NCBI GenBank assembly: GCA_964016885.1
Contig: OZ024742.1
Location: 45,384,001-45,448,000 of the forward strand
Origin: Eledone cirrhosa
Lineage: Eukaryota
Length of the DNA stretch: 64,000 bases
Reading direction: 5' to 3'
This document shows, piece after piece, positions 25,401 to 35,953 of this stretch. Made by a program: the position numbers and the translations under genes. Each line of letters opens with the position of its first letter. Position 1 is the first letter of the stretch. Below the pieces are notes generated by a model, which saw nothing but the letters and a program-made list of their open reading frames with translations, had not been told where the DNA came from and ran no database searches.

Positions 25401-27044
25401 GTCAATTTCTTGCAAAAAAAAAAAAAGACAAATCAAGAAAACTAATTGGGCGGTTTTTAAACGTCGGTTAATCAGCAACATGAAAATGATTCAAACCACG
25501 ACATATTCATTTGAAATACAGGTGTATATTTTAAACTACTTTTGGCTGTTTATTCCCAACATCAGAGCAGATCTATTATCAATGACTTTCCAGCAGTGAC
25601 AATAAGAATTATAAAAGCTTTTTGTTTTCTTTTTAGACGGAAAAGGTGTCGGTTATTTCTATCTAACAAGGCCGAGTGAATGTATAGGAGAGAGAGAGCG
25701 AGAGCAGTGGTGTTTAACACCGACGTCTCAAAACAATGCTCTCGTTTGGTTTTAAAAACATATATGGTAGAATTTAGAAAATTGTTCCGTCGTGGGGCGT
25801 ATGCTACAAGTTCAAAATCGCTGGTGTAGAAGTTCCATTGTAGCAGGACTACTTGTTTAGCCCTGGGTCTTCTGATAGAGAAAATCAATGATCAAAGGTG
25901 TTCTAGTGGTGACCATCCAGTCTTTTCTATATTAGAAAACATTGAATGTATCAGTCTTTAAAAAAGTACGATAGGTTGACATTTTTATCAGCAGATGAAG
26001 CAATTGTGTAAAGAGAATAGAGTGTCTTATTTGGCTGAGTTTGATTAACCCAAAGAACCACTTCGAAATGCAATAACATTTCAAGTAACTTCAGTGAATA
26101 TACCGTATATACTCGTGTAAAGTTACACCTCCATTTTACATATATTTGCAATATATATTTTGATTTGAGGTTTTATGCCCAGTAAATAAATAGCAAGCTT
26201 GTGATTCACCTTGTATTTTTATAGTAAAAGATGTGATTTATAAACGAGTATATATGGTTACTCGCTGAAAAATATATACACATCCAAATTACATATAAAT
26301 GATTCTAATCAACTGATAAATGCCATCAACTGTCCAACGACAAATTGACAATCCAACCAGAAAAAAGTCAAATTATTCAAACTTAATATACACCCATGTA
26401 TAAAAATAACATATTTTCAATAATTGTTATTCAATCTTAATACAAGCCGGTTATAGGGATAGTAATGAAATATTTTCAATAATCATTTAACTTAATTACA
26501 TACACAGGTAAAATAGTAATGAGATTTTCAAATAAAATAATATTAAATAATTTAACAATTAAAATATGGTAATTAAAAACATACAGTAAATTCTTACACT
26601 TTGCTACTGTATTTTATCACCCATGGAAGAATGAAAGAAAAAAATAACCATAGAAATATTTCAACTCGAAATAGAAAAAGACTCAACATTGTTTCATGTT
26701 TCTGATTAAAGAATCTAAAGGTTATTTGTTATATATTATTGAAAAATTATTTTTATTATTTTTAACGTAGCAGCATTAAACATTTTCAGCAGCAAAAATT
26801 TAACGACTAAAAATGTTTTAAACATTATATGATAAAAGTCAAGCGTTAGATGATAAATACAGGCATATATAGGAAATGTATATATATCTTACCATGGCGC
26901 GAAGAATTCCACTAACGTGATATCGTGGTCGGCGATTTTGTTCTTAAAGTTGGAATCTTTCAGGTCTAAAACATCACTTGAATAAGTCACGCCGGTCGTA
27001 AATACTAGCAATACAACCTGAGATAATAATGTTGTATGAAGCAT
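642..27044 (-). CDS. PDIA3: Protein disulfide-isomerase A3 (ERp57), spliced gene, coding exons 1-12; final exon outside window
   Basis: 12 exons with GT..AG boundaries join in frame: signal peptide, two WCGHC thioredoxin sites ([32 protein letters not shown]) and the ERp57-typical b' motif [18 protein letters not shown]. Confidence 0.96.
1175..1880 (+). mobile_element. Degraded RTE LINE RT fragment
   Basis: ORF 1398..1712 KAFD...PWELLYADD; homologous to younger RTEs in the window. Confidence 0.85.
2025..2104 (-). CDS. PDIA3: PDIA3 exon 11 ([27 protein letters not shown])
   Basis: [11 protein letters not shown] motif; AG/GT boundaries. Confidence 0.97.
2721..3045. repeat. Minisatellite, ~53-bp unit, ~6 copies
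   Basis: ACAAGATGGTGGCTAATTATGACATGTCC recurs at 2731, 2781, 2829, 2883, 2936, 2989. Confidence 0.9.
3235..3363 (-). CDS. PDIA3: PDIA3 exon 10 ([11 protein letters not shown]...[16 protein letters not shown])
   Basis: Second CGHC; AG/GT boundaries. Confidence 0.97.
3465..3650 (-). mobile_element. Meta-domain SINE, diverged
   Basis: Similar to the copies at 14245 and 57357. Confidence 0.65.
3785..3930 (-). mobile_element. CORE-SINE fragment
   Basis: Reverse strand GTGTTGTCCTTGAGCAAGATACTT is CORE-like. Confidence 0.55.
4440..4542 (-). CDS. PDIA3: PDIA3 exon 9 (MDNLEKFV...PYLKSENVP...PVK)
   Basis: Within ORF 4401..4595; YLKSE x-linker. Confidence 0.95.
5705..5887 (-). CDS. PDIA3: PDIA3 exon 8 (IMKIAKKL...KFIMKDEF)
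   Basis: Within ORF 5701..5931; AG/GT boundaries. Confidence 0.95.
6681..6803 (-). CDS. PDIA3: PDIA3 exon 7 (IGLCGHRV...[13 protein letters not shown])
   Basis: AG/GT boundaries, ERp57-typical motif. Confidence 0.96.
6870..7020 (+). mobile_element. Meta-domain SINE, diverged
   Basis: B-box GAGTTCAAATCC followed by TTTGCCTTTCATC. Confidence 0.65.
7420..7720. repeat. Minisatellite, 31-bp unit, ~9 near-identical copies, degenerate tail to ~7920
   Basis: CTTCTATCTACTAGGTGTGCGACACAGCAGT in tandem. Confidence 0.95.
8152..8265 (-). CDS. PDIA3: PDIA3 exon 6 ([16 protein letters not shown]...)
   Basis: AG/GT boundaries, in phase. Confidence 0.93.
8490..12825 (-). mobile_element. CR1-group LINE, near full length, frameshifted, in PDIA3 intron 5
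   Basis: ORF1 remnants (12545-11545) with a Cys-rich finger; APE motifs ([20 protein letters not shown]); RT motifs ([15 protein letters not shown]); C-terminal [18 protein letters not shown]. Confidence 0.9.
12833..13428 (+). mobile_element. RTE LINE 3' fragment
   Basis: HVMRM..GRPRKTW; long 3'UTR; (GAT)n tail. Confidence 0.92.
13490..13785 (-). mobile_element. Old RTE 3' fragment
   Basis: Degenerate homology to the RTE C-terminal coding region. Confidence 0.6.
14078..14228 (+). mobile_element. Short CR1 3'-end copy, inverted relative to 8495-8645
   Basis: Near-identical reverse complement; ORFs 14023.. and 8538.. share peptide text. Confidence 0.9.
14245..14430 (+). mobile_element. tRNA-derived Meta-domain SINE with 21-bp TSD
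   Basis: A-box TGGCAGATTCGG, B-box GAGTTCAAATCC, GCCTTTCATCC..GGTCGATAAAATAAAGTACCAG; ATTATTATTATTATTAATAGA on both sides. Confidence 0.88.
15197..18534 (+). mobile_element. RTE LINE, near full length, disrupted (APE-RT-PHD), antisense in PDIA3 intron 5
   Basis: ORF 15217..16200 APE; 16427..17429 RT (QGSVLSP, YADD); (GAT)n tail; flanking ATGAATCC direct repeat (possible TSD). Confidence 0.95.
19328..19451 (-). CDS. PDIA3: PDIA3 exon 5 (FFSSENAL...FRFAHTSE...)
   Basis: AG/GT boundaries, b-domain RFAHT motif. Confidence 0.93.
19975..20120 (-). mobile_element. Meta-domain SINE, diverged
   Basis: Similar to the other SINE copies. Confidence 0.6.
21218..21325 (-). CDS. PDIA3: PDIA3 exon 4 ([15 protein letters not shown]...SIIG)
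   Basis: AG/GT boundaries, in phase. Confidence 0.94.
22693..22810 (-). CDS. PDIA3: PDIA3 exon 3 ([25 protein letters not shown]...GPREA)
   Basis: AG/GT boundaries, GYPTLKIF thioredoxin motif. Confidence 0.96.
23886..23973 (-). CDS. PDIA3: PDIA3 exon 2 ([29 protein letters not shown])
   Basis: AG/GT boundaries, in phase, first CGHC. Confidence 0.96.
24205..24870 (+). mobile_element. Degraded RTE 3' fragment
   Basis: [27 protein letters not shown]; RTE 3' end ACCCATGCAAGC. Confidence 0.8.
26103..26257. mobile_element. Tc1/mariner-superfamily MITE
   Basis: TIRs CCGTATATACTCG / CGAGTATATATGG, TA at left flank. Confidence 0.65.
26893..27044 (-). CDS. PDIA3: PDIA3 coding exon 1 ([10 protein letters not shown]...EFFAPW)
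   Basis: ATG at 27044, hydrophobic signal peptide, GTAAG donor splits the Trp codon. Confidence 0.93.
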
Positions 27045-27328
27045 TGTGCTATATTATATATGTGTTGTATGGATGTAGTTTGGCAGGTGAAAAAGAGAAG
27101 AAAGTATAAAATATTTCACTTGCTGAGTGAAATGCAGGTTAATTAAATTGCTATATGTATGTAATGTGCTGCTTGTTTTCCTAGTGAAGGAAAAACAGCC
27201 GGCAAGTGGCAACTCTGATGAGAAACTCCAGCTGATATAATATGGATGAGTTAAATGTATTATAGAGAGAGAGAAAGACAGAGTGAGAAAGCAATGGCTT
27301 CTCCTCACTGCTGTGTTGGCCAACTTTC

Positions 27329-27339
27329 ATTGGTCCACG
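27329..27339 (+). promoter_or_regulatory. ERSE-II ER-stress element upstream of PDIA3
   Basis: Exact ATTGG-N-CCACG (ATTGGTCCACG) about 290 bp upstream of the ATG of an ER chaperone gene; ETS-like ACTTCCGG nearby (~27356). Confidence 0.7.
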
Positions 27340-27739
27340 TAAATATATATCGTACACTTCCGGAATTACAGCCTCGAACCAAAGAAAGGAGGTCATCAGG
27401 TCAACAAAGGTCACCAAATGTCACTTACCTTGAATTTCAATCACCATCATTTTATTATTATTATTATTATTATTATCATTATTTATTATTATTATTATTA
27501 CACTAATTATTTTAATCAGTCGATCAAATCATCCATTACACTTCCACTGCTGGATAAAGCCCTTTCCTTTTCCCGCGAGATCCATCTAAAACTATCAGCT
27601 ATCGAGACCAACTTCGCTAAAATACATCAGCAAAAGATATACATAGGGGCTATACAAAAATTTGGAGCTCAACTGCCTCGTGTTGTTTTATTGCATGTTG
27701 TTGGCACAAGTCGGCTTTTTATTCGGTGTATTTTAATCA

Positions 27740-29245
27740 TTTGATCTGACAGTAGTTAGAGGGTGTGTCTGTTTCCTAGATATCACCCAGTTGATCCGAC
27801 AGCAGTTAGAGTGTGTATCTATTTCCCAGAGATCACCTTATCTGCCACCCAGTTGACCTGACAGTTGTTAGGGCGTGTTTGTATTCCCCAGAGATCACTC
27901 TATCTGCCAGATAGTTGATCTGACACTAGTTAGAGCGTGGTTGTATTCCCCATAGATCACCCTATCTGTCACATAGTTGATCTGACACTAGTTAAGGTGT
28001 GTATGTATTCCCCAGAGATCACCCTATCTGTCACATAGTTGATCTGACACTAGTTAAGGTTTGTTTGTATTCCCCAGAGATCACCCTATCTGTCACATAG
28101 TTGCTCTGACACTAGTTAAGGTGTGTATGTATTCCCCAGAGATCACCCTATCTGTCACATAGTTGCTCTGACACTAGTTAGGGCGTGTTTGTATTCCCCA
28201 GAGATCACCCTATCTGTCACATAGTTGATCTGACACTAGTTAGGGCGTGTTTGTATTCCCCAGAGATCACCCTATCTGTCACATAGTTGATCTGACACTA
28301 GTTAGGGCGTGTTTGTATTCCCCAGAGATCACCCTATCTGTCACATAGTTGATCTGACACTAGTTAGGGCGTGTTTGTATTCCCCAGAGATCACCCTATC
28401 TGTCACATAGTTGCTCTGACACTAGTTAGGGCGTGTTTGTATTCCCCAGAGATCACCCTATCTGTCACATAGTTGATCTGACACTAGTTAGGGCGTGTTT
28501 GTATTCCCCAGAGATCACCCTATCTGTCACATAGTTGATCTGACACTAGTTAGGGCGTGTTTGTATTCCCCAGAGATCACCCTATCTGTCACATAGTTGC
28601 TCTGACACTAGTTAAGGTGTGTATGTATTCCCCAGAGATCACCCTATCTGTCACATAGTTGCTCTGACACTAGTTAGGGCGTGTTTGTATTCCCCAGAGA
28701 TCACCCTATCTGTCACATAGTTGATCTGACACTAGTTAGGGCGTGTTTGTATTCCCCAGAGATCACCCTATCTGTCACATAGTTGATCTGACACTAGTTA
28801 GGGCGTGTTTGTATTCCCCAGAGATCACCCTATCTGTCACATAGTTGATCTGACACTAGTTAGGGCGTGTTTGTATTCCCCAGAGATCACCCTATCTGTC
28901 ACATAGTTGCTCTGACACTAGTTAGGGCGTGTTTGTATTCCCCAGAGATCACCCTATCTGTCACATAGTTGATCTGACACTAGTTAGGGCGTGTTTGTAT
29001 TCCCCAGAGATCACCCTATCTGTCACATAGTTGATCTGACACTAGTTAGGGCGTGTTTGTATTCCCCAGAGATCACCCTATCTGTCACATAGTTGATCTG
29101 ACACTAGTTAGGGCGTGTTTGTATTCCCCAGAGATCACCCTATCTGTCACATAGTTGATCTGAAACTAGTTAGGGCGTGTTTGTATTCCCCAGAGATCAC
29201 CCTATCTGTCACATAGTTGATCTGACAGTAGTTAGAGGGTATATT
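27740..29245. repeat. Minisatellite, 62-bp unit, ~23-24 copies
   Basis: GTTGATCTGACACTAGTTAGGGCGTGTTTGTATTCCCCAGAGATCACCCTATCTGTCACATA in tandem. Confidence 0.97.
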
Positions 29246-29454
29246 TATTTAGTACCTCGTAATTTTACGGCAAAACCTGTTTCTACTCTGTCTTCCTCTT
29301 CCTAGTATCTTAATGATTTCATTAATGGTACAAGGTAATACATTTGTGTGGTGGAACACTGTCAGTTAAATTAATCTCATTTAATCACTGGTATTGATTG
29401 GGGAGGATTAGAATGTAAACCCCCAAACCATATGACTTGAAACTAAAACGTATA

Positions 29455-29990
29455 GCTTACACCTCACTACCATCACTACACGCCACTTCCATCACCTACA
29501 CCCTATCAATAACATGTACCCTACACCCCACACCCTATCAATGATGACATGTAGCCTACACCCCACTACTATCACACACACCCTATCAATAGTAACATGT
29601 AGCCTACACCACACTACCATCACCTACACCCTATCAATGGTAACATGTAGTCTACACCCCACTACCATCACCTACACCCTATCAATAGTAACATGTAGCC
29701 TACACTCTACTACCATCACCCCACACCCTATCAATAACATGTAGCCTACACCCCCCACACCCTATCAATAATAACATGTAGCATACACCCAACTTCCATC
29801 ACCACCACACCCTATCAATGGTAACATGTAGCCTACACCCTATTAATGGTAACATATAGCCTACACCCCACGCCCTATCAATGGTAACATGTAGCCTACA
29901 CCCCACTCCCATCATCCTACACCCTATAAATGGCAACATACAACCTACACCCAGCAACCATCACCCCACACTCTATCAATTGTCAGAAGT
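29455..29990. repeat. Degenerate C/A-rich minisatellite (~40-52-bp units)
   Basis: Recurrent CACCCTATCAATRGTAACATGTAGCCTACAC. Confidence 0.85.
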
Positions 29991-30430
29991 AGTCTGTACC
30001 CAGTTCTCATGACCCCCCCCCCCCTCCATTCAATGTACTTCCAACCTTGATGAGGATACAAGTGTAGTGTAGGTTGCACAATAAAATGCACTTAGCCCAC
30101 AGAAGAATATGTAAGTGTTGGTGTCATGATAAAATGCATATTAGGTGATAGTGCAGCTACTACAAAAAATAAACACCAAGTCCATCCTGTCAGATGGTAC
30201 TGCTGGTGACAAAATAAAATAAAACTCAGCACATGCATAGAAACCATGTCAAAAGGGAATGTAAGAGCAAGACACAGTCATCTGACTTGTCTAACCTCAG
30301 AACATGACAAACCATCTAATACATGCAAGCAGGAAAACATGGAAAACAGATATAGAATGGTGACACACACACAAACACATATGTATATATATATATATAT
30401 ATATATAACTTTATACATGTGCATGTACAG

Positions 30431-30477
<47 letters not shown>

Positions 30478-30480
<3 letters not shown>

Positions 30481-32503
30481 TCATCATCATCATCACCGTT
30501 TTACATCCGTTCTTCTACGCTAGCATGGGTTAGACAGGTTGTCCTGTTGTGGGCAGTGTCTGGTCGGATGACCATGCCTTGCTCATACAGGAACTGATTT
30601 GGCTTGATTTCTACAGCTGGATGCCCTTCCTAACACCAACCTCATTTACAGTGAGTGCTGGGTGCTTTTTCCGTGGCGCTTACACGTCCACTTTACAGTG
30701 TGGGCTGGGTGCTTTTTTGCCGTGTCACCTCCACGACCACCTTGCGGTGTGGGGGCATATTGTCTATATGCTTCAGCGTGTACCCATGGGAGGTCAGGTA
30801 CTCTGTATTACTGCGTGACGCCAGAGGTCGCGGTCGTGTGTCATCACCTTTGAGAGGTGTAATTGGGTAAGGTCGGCTTTTATCACCTCATCTCAGGTCA
30901 TCTTGGGTCTCCCCACTCCGCGGTTTCCATCGACTTCTAGTGCTCTGCACCTTTTTATGCAGCTGTCATCCTTCATACGCATCACATGTCCATACCAGCG
31001 CAACCGCCTCTCCTGCACACAACATTTGATTCCTCTTATGCTCAGTCTCTCTCTCAATTCATTTATGCTTTGTCGTTCGCGTATATTACTGTTACACATC
31101 CATCGGAGCATGCAGGCTTCGTTTCTCTCTAATCTACGTAAGTCTTCCACCTTCAGCGCCCAGGTCTCACTACCATGCAACACCGCTGTTCGGATACACG
31201 CATCATACAGTCTGCCTTTCATTTTGAGGGAGAAGCCTTTTGCAGCTAGCAGTGGTAGTAGTTCCCTGAACTTTTTCCATCCCGTTCTTACCCTAGTTAT
31301 TGTACTTTCTGAACACCCACCTCCGCTGCTAATTCGGTCACCTAGGTAGCAGAAGCTGTCTACTGTTTCTACAGAGCCCTCCCAGAGATTGGTGGTACTT
31401 GTTTCCTGTGGCTGTTTGCTGCTTGCTGTCCCAGTACAGATGCTGCATGTGAAGCCTACATTCTTAATTAAGCTTCCTGAGATCCCGCTACATCTCTTGT
31501 GTACCCATTGTTTGCATTTGGGGCAGAGAATGGAGTTCCTACCTACACCTTTCCTACATACTGAGCAAAGCCATTTCCCTGAGGGGATCTGGGTTCTGTT
31601 TTCTCGTCTACTTAGAGGACCTTAGTCTTTGTCATGTTGACTTTGAGACCCTTTCTTTCTAGTCCCTGCTTCAAAGTTTGGAATTTATTCTCTATTTCTA
31701 CCATAGATTCAGCGATAAGTGCGAGGTCATCAGCATACAGGAGTTCCCATGGGCATCCGGTCTTAAACTCCTCCGTTATTGCCTGCAGGACTATGATGAA
31801 CAGGAGGGGGCTAAGAACAGAGCCCTGGTGAACACCAACCTGTACGCTAAATTCCTCGCTATACTCATTGCTAATCCTAACTTTGCTGACTGCTCCCCTA
31901 TACATGGCTTGTACCGCTTTCACAAGCCATTCATCTACTCCTAGTTTTCTAAGAGCCCACCAGATTACAGCACGTGGAACTCTGTCAAAGGCTTTCTCAA
32001 GGTCGACAAATGCCAGGTAGAGTGGCTTACTTTTAGCTAGATACTTTTCCTGTAACTGCCTCACAAGGAAGAGGGCATCAGTGGTGCCTCTTCCTGGTAC
32101 AAACCCAAATTGCATCTCGTCTAGTTTTACCCGGTCCCTAATCAACTGTGCTATAACTCTTTCTGTTACTTTCATGACCTGGTCCATCAGCTTTATACCT
32201 CTATAGTTTCCTCTATCTAGTGCATCACCTTTACCTTTGTAGCAGTTGACAATGATGCTACTTCACCAATCTTTTGGTATGATACCTTCTAGTATTACCT
32301 GGTTAACAATACGTGTGGTTATAGTGTGACCTACAAACCCAGAGCCTTCAGCATCTCGGCAGCTATACCCGATGGACCGGTTGCCTTCCCCATCTTCATA
32401 TCTTTGATTGCCTTACTTACTACGCTGCTGCTGACTTGTACTGCTGGCCCCTCTATAGGGTCTACTTGGGGTAGGGTCTCTTCTTCCCATGCATTCTCCT
32501 CAT
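30478..32503 (-). mobile_element. RTE LINE, 5'-truncated, same family as 15197..18534
   Basis: ORFs 31612..32187 (RT) and 30893..31222; tail abuts (TA)n. Confidence 0.95.
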
Positions 32504-32537
32504 TTAGTAATCTATAATGACTCTTCCATGCATCTTT

Positions 32538-32615
<78 letters not shown>

Positions 32616-32616
32616 T

Positions 32617-33548
32617 AAGGCAGGTTATACGATGCCTGCATACGAACAGCAATGCTGCATGGCAGTGAGACCTGGGCATTGTGTGCAGAGGATATACGCA
32701 GACTAGAGAGGAACGAAGCTTGCATGCTCCGCTGGATGTGCAATAGTAATATACGTGAACGGCAAAGCATAAACGAACTAAGGAAAAAATTAGAAATAAG
32801 AGGGATCAGATGTTGTTTACTCGAGAGAAGGCTACGTTGGTACGGTCACGTGATGCGCATGAAAGACGACAGCTGTATAACAAAGTGCAGGGCAATAAAG
32901 ATAGACGGTAGCCACGGAGTAGGCAGACCCAGAAAAACATGGGACGAGCTGATAAATTCCGACCTCACACGCTTACACCTCTCCAAGACAATGTCACTGG
33001 ACCGAGACCTTTGGCGGTACTCAGTAATAGAGAAGACCCGCCTTACCTAAATACAAAGTAAAAACCTACTACAGTCAGTAGGCATCTCTATCAAACCCCC
33101 CCCCCCCCGTCCCACCACCTCCACACCATCCACACCGCCCCTTTCAATGTAAAGTTATGTTGGTCCCACAACATCCAGGCCGAAACAAATGAGATCGTGT
33201 AGGTGTCACGACAAAAAAACACACAGTCCACGCTGTAAATGTGGCCGTGTAGGCAACACGGTAAAAACCTCCCAGCCCCACACTGTAAATGTGGTTGGTG
33301 TTAGGAAGGGCATCCAGCTGTAGAAAACCCGCCAGACAGTCCACGCTGTAATGTGGCCGTGTAGGCAACACGGTAAAAACCTCCCAGCCCCACACTGTAA
33401 ATGTGGTTGGTGTTAGGAAGGGCATCCAACTGTAGAAAACCCGCCAGACAGTCCTATGCGAGCAAGACAACCACTCTTGCCTCAAGTGGGAAAACCCCCG
33501 TCCAAACCCATGCAAACGTGGAACACGGACGCTAAACCTGATGATGAT
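32617..33548 (+). mobile_element. RTE 3' fragment between (TA)n runs
   Basis: ORF 32652..33050; 3'UTR with an internal duplication. Confidence 0.93.
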
Positions 33549-33563
33549 ATATATATATATATA

Positions 33564-33628
<65 letters not shown>

Positions 33629-33638
<10 letters not shown>

Positions 33639-34168
33639 AGAATCAAAGCTATGTTCAAAGCATTTATTCACTTACAATTGTTTCATCCAAACCTAGGCTT
33701 GGAGTCTTCGGAGCATTTTTCAATGTTTGTACACATACTTGACCTCCTTTCGAACGCAAGAGACATACAGATACATATGTATATATTGATGTACAGTGGA
33801 GTGACATATATTATATTATATTATTTCTGAATGGCAATTTAAATTCAAAATCAAAATCACATTAAAACAGAATCAAAGCAAAATTAAAATACAAAATTAA
33901 TGCAAAATTAAAATACAATTGGCAGTTAACATAGATAATTGATTGATTTTGAATTTAAATTGCCATTCAGAAATAATATAATATAATATATGTCACTCCA
34001 CTGTACATCAATATATACATATGTATCTGTATGTCTCTTGCATTGGATAGGAGGTCAAGTATGTGTACAAACATTGAAAAATGCTCCGAAGACTCCAAGC
34101 CTAGGTTTGGATGAAACAATTGTAAGTGAATAAATGCTTTGAACATAGCTTTGATTCTTGTGAATTCT
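33629..34168. repeat. Long inverted repeat (~225-bp arms, ~88-bp spacer)
   Basis: 33629-33854 is the reverse complement of 33943-34168 with only a few mismatches. Confidence 0.95.
34082..34128 (+). ncRNA. Minimal type I hammerhead-like motif (mirror copy on minus strand ~33669-33715)
   Basis: tgct-CCGAAGA-c-[tccaagcc ta ggtttgga]-t-GAAAC-aatt-GTA-agtg; palindromic helix III ACAATTGT; core has C instead of U at position 4. Confidence 0.55.
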
Positions 34169-34328
34169 ATATAACTGCTCTGTAGAACAACTGATGTTAT
34201 TACATTGAGCTATTTATCTTACTGGTAATAAGGTAGTAATAAATTACTGACCTTCACTGTTTAGGGTTTAAAATATATATAACTATAAAAAGTTTTAGTA
34301 TATACATAACCATAAATAGTATCCTTAA

Positions 34329-34373
<45 letters not shown>

Positions 34374-34460
34374 AAGATTGGAATTAAAGTATTCCGCAGT
34401 TCACAGTAATAATAATAATACTAGCTCGAAGAAAAACAGAGAATTTTCATCTGAGTTCAA

Positions 34461-35080
34461 ATACAAATATATTACACAGAGAGAAGTGTGTTACACAGTG
34501 AGATGTGTGTAAAAAATTATTACATGTGAGTTTAACCGTTACTGTATGGAGAACAATACCTACAGGTTAGCAATTAAATAGAAAAAAACCTAAGTCAGAA
34601 TCAAATCTCTGAAGTAGAGTTTTAAATTACTAACCTTATAACTATAAGCTTGCTGATACGAAATTAGTTCGTTTCACCACAGAAATGTGTGGTATAACAG
34701 CCCATAGGATCTTCAGTCAGCAAGTATGGGTACTGTTTACCACACTCCTAGCCTAGGCTAGATGTGTGGTAAACATCTTAGGCTAGATGTGTGGTAAACA
34801 GTACCCATACTTGCTGACTGAAGATCCTATGGGCTGTTATACCACACATTTCTGTGGTGAAACGAACTAATTTCGTATCAGCAAGCTTATAGTTATAATT
34901 TAAAACTCTACTTCAGAGATTTGATTCTGACTTAGGTTTTTTTCTATTTAATTGCTAACCTGTAGGTATTGTTCTCCATACAGTAAATGGTATTCTCCAT
35001 ACAGTAATGGTTAAACTCACATGTAATAATTTTTTACACACATCTCACTGTGTAACACACTTCTCTCTGTGTAATATATT

Positions 35081-35085
<5 letters not shown>
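34461..35085. repeat. Long inverted repeat (~285-bp arms, nearly spacer-less)
   Basis: 34461-34745 mirrors 34789-35085; centre CTAGCCTAGGCTAG. Confidence 0.95.
34810..34885 (+). ncRNA. Type I hammerhead-like motif with atypical helix II (mirror copy ~34648-34723)
   Basis: cttgctga-CTGAAGA-...accaca/tgtggt-GAAAC-gaa ctaat ttc-GTA-tcagcaag; 8-bp helix I, 5-bp helix III. Confidence 0.65.
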
Positions 35086-35138
<53 letters not shown>

Positions 35139-35141
<3 letters not shown>

Positions 35142-35801
35142 TCATCATCATCATCGTTTAATGTCCATCTTCCACGCTAGCATGGGTTAGACGGGAGTTG
35201 TGCCAACTTGAGGCAAGGTTAGTCGGGTGACCGTGTCTTGCTCGTATAGGACTATCTGGCAGGCTTTCTACGGCTGGATGCCCTTCCTAACACCAACCAC
35301 ATTTACAGTGTGGAACTGGGAACTTTTTACCGTGTTACCTACACGGCCACATTACAGCGTGGACTGTGAGTAGTTTTTTTTTTTTTTTTTTGTCGTGACA
35401 CCTACACGATCTCGATCTCATTTATTTGGACTGGATGTTGTGGAACCAACTTTACAGAGAGAGGGTGGTGTTGGTGGGAGTGGGAGGATAGGGTAGGGGT
35501 AGTGGATTGGGGTGTATATTTAGTTAAGAGGTGCCTACTGACTGTAGGTTTCACTTTGTACATAGGCAAGGTGGGTCTTCTGTATTACTGCATAGCGGCA
35601 AAGATCTCGGTCCAGTGACATTGTCTTAGAGAGGTGCAAGTGTGTAAGGTTGGAATTTATCAGATCGTCCCAGGTTTTTCTGGGTCTACCTACTCCGTAA
35701 CTACCATCAATTTTGATCGCCCTGCACTTTTTTATGCAGCTGTCGTCTTTCATGCGCATCACGTGACCATACCAACATAGTCTTCTTTCAAGTAAACAGC
35801 A
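35139..35801 (-). mobile_element. RTE 3' fragment between (TA)n runs
   Basis: ORF 35535..35897 (part); (GAT)n tail. Confidence 0.92.
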
Positions 35802-35953
35802 TATATATATATATAATATAGAGAGAAGAAAACGCATGAGAGAGTGCATGTTTATCAGGTTACAAGGGATACCACTAGCTTTTTCCTTTGAGCTCATGAA
35901 TTACAGGGACTAACACGAGTTTCTGACTCCATTACTTCCACCAACAGTTTTGC

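Noticed and set aside
27422-27432. Minus-strand donor AG/GTAAGT suggesting an upstream PDIA3 exon
   Set aside because: No supporting exon (it is followed by (ATT)n), and promoter motifs lie between it and the ATG; unresolved without cDNA.
27740-29245. CRISPR-like array
   Set aside because: Units are contiguous with no unique spacers, there are no cas genes, and the context is eukaryotic; it is a minisatellite.
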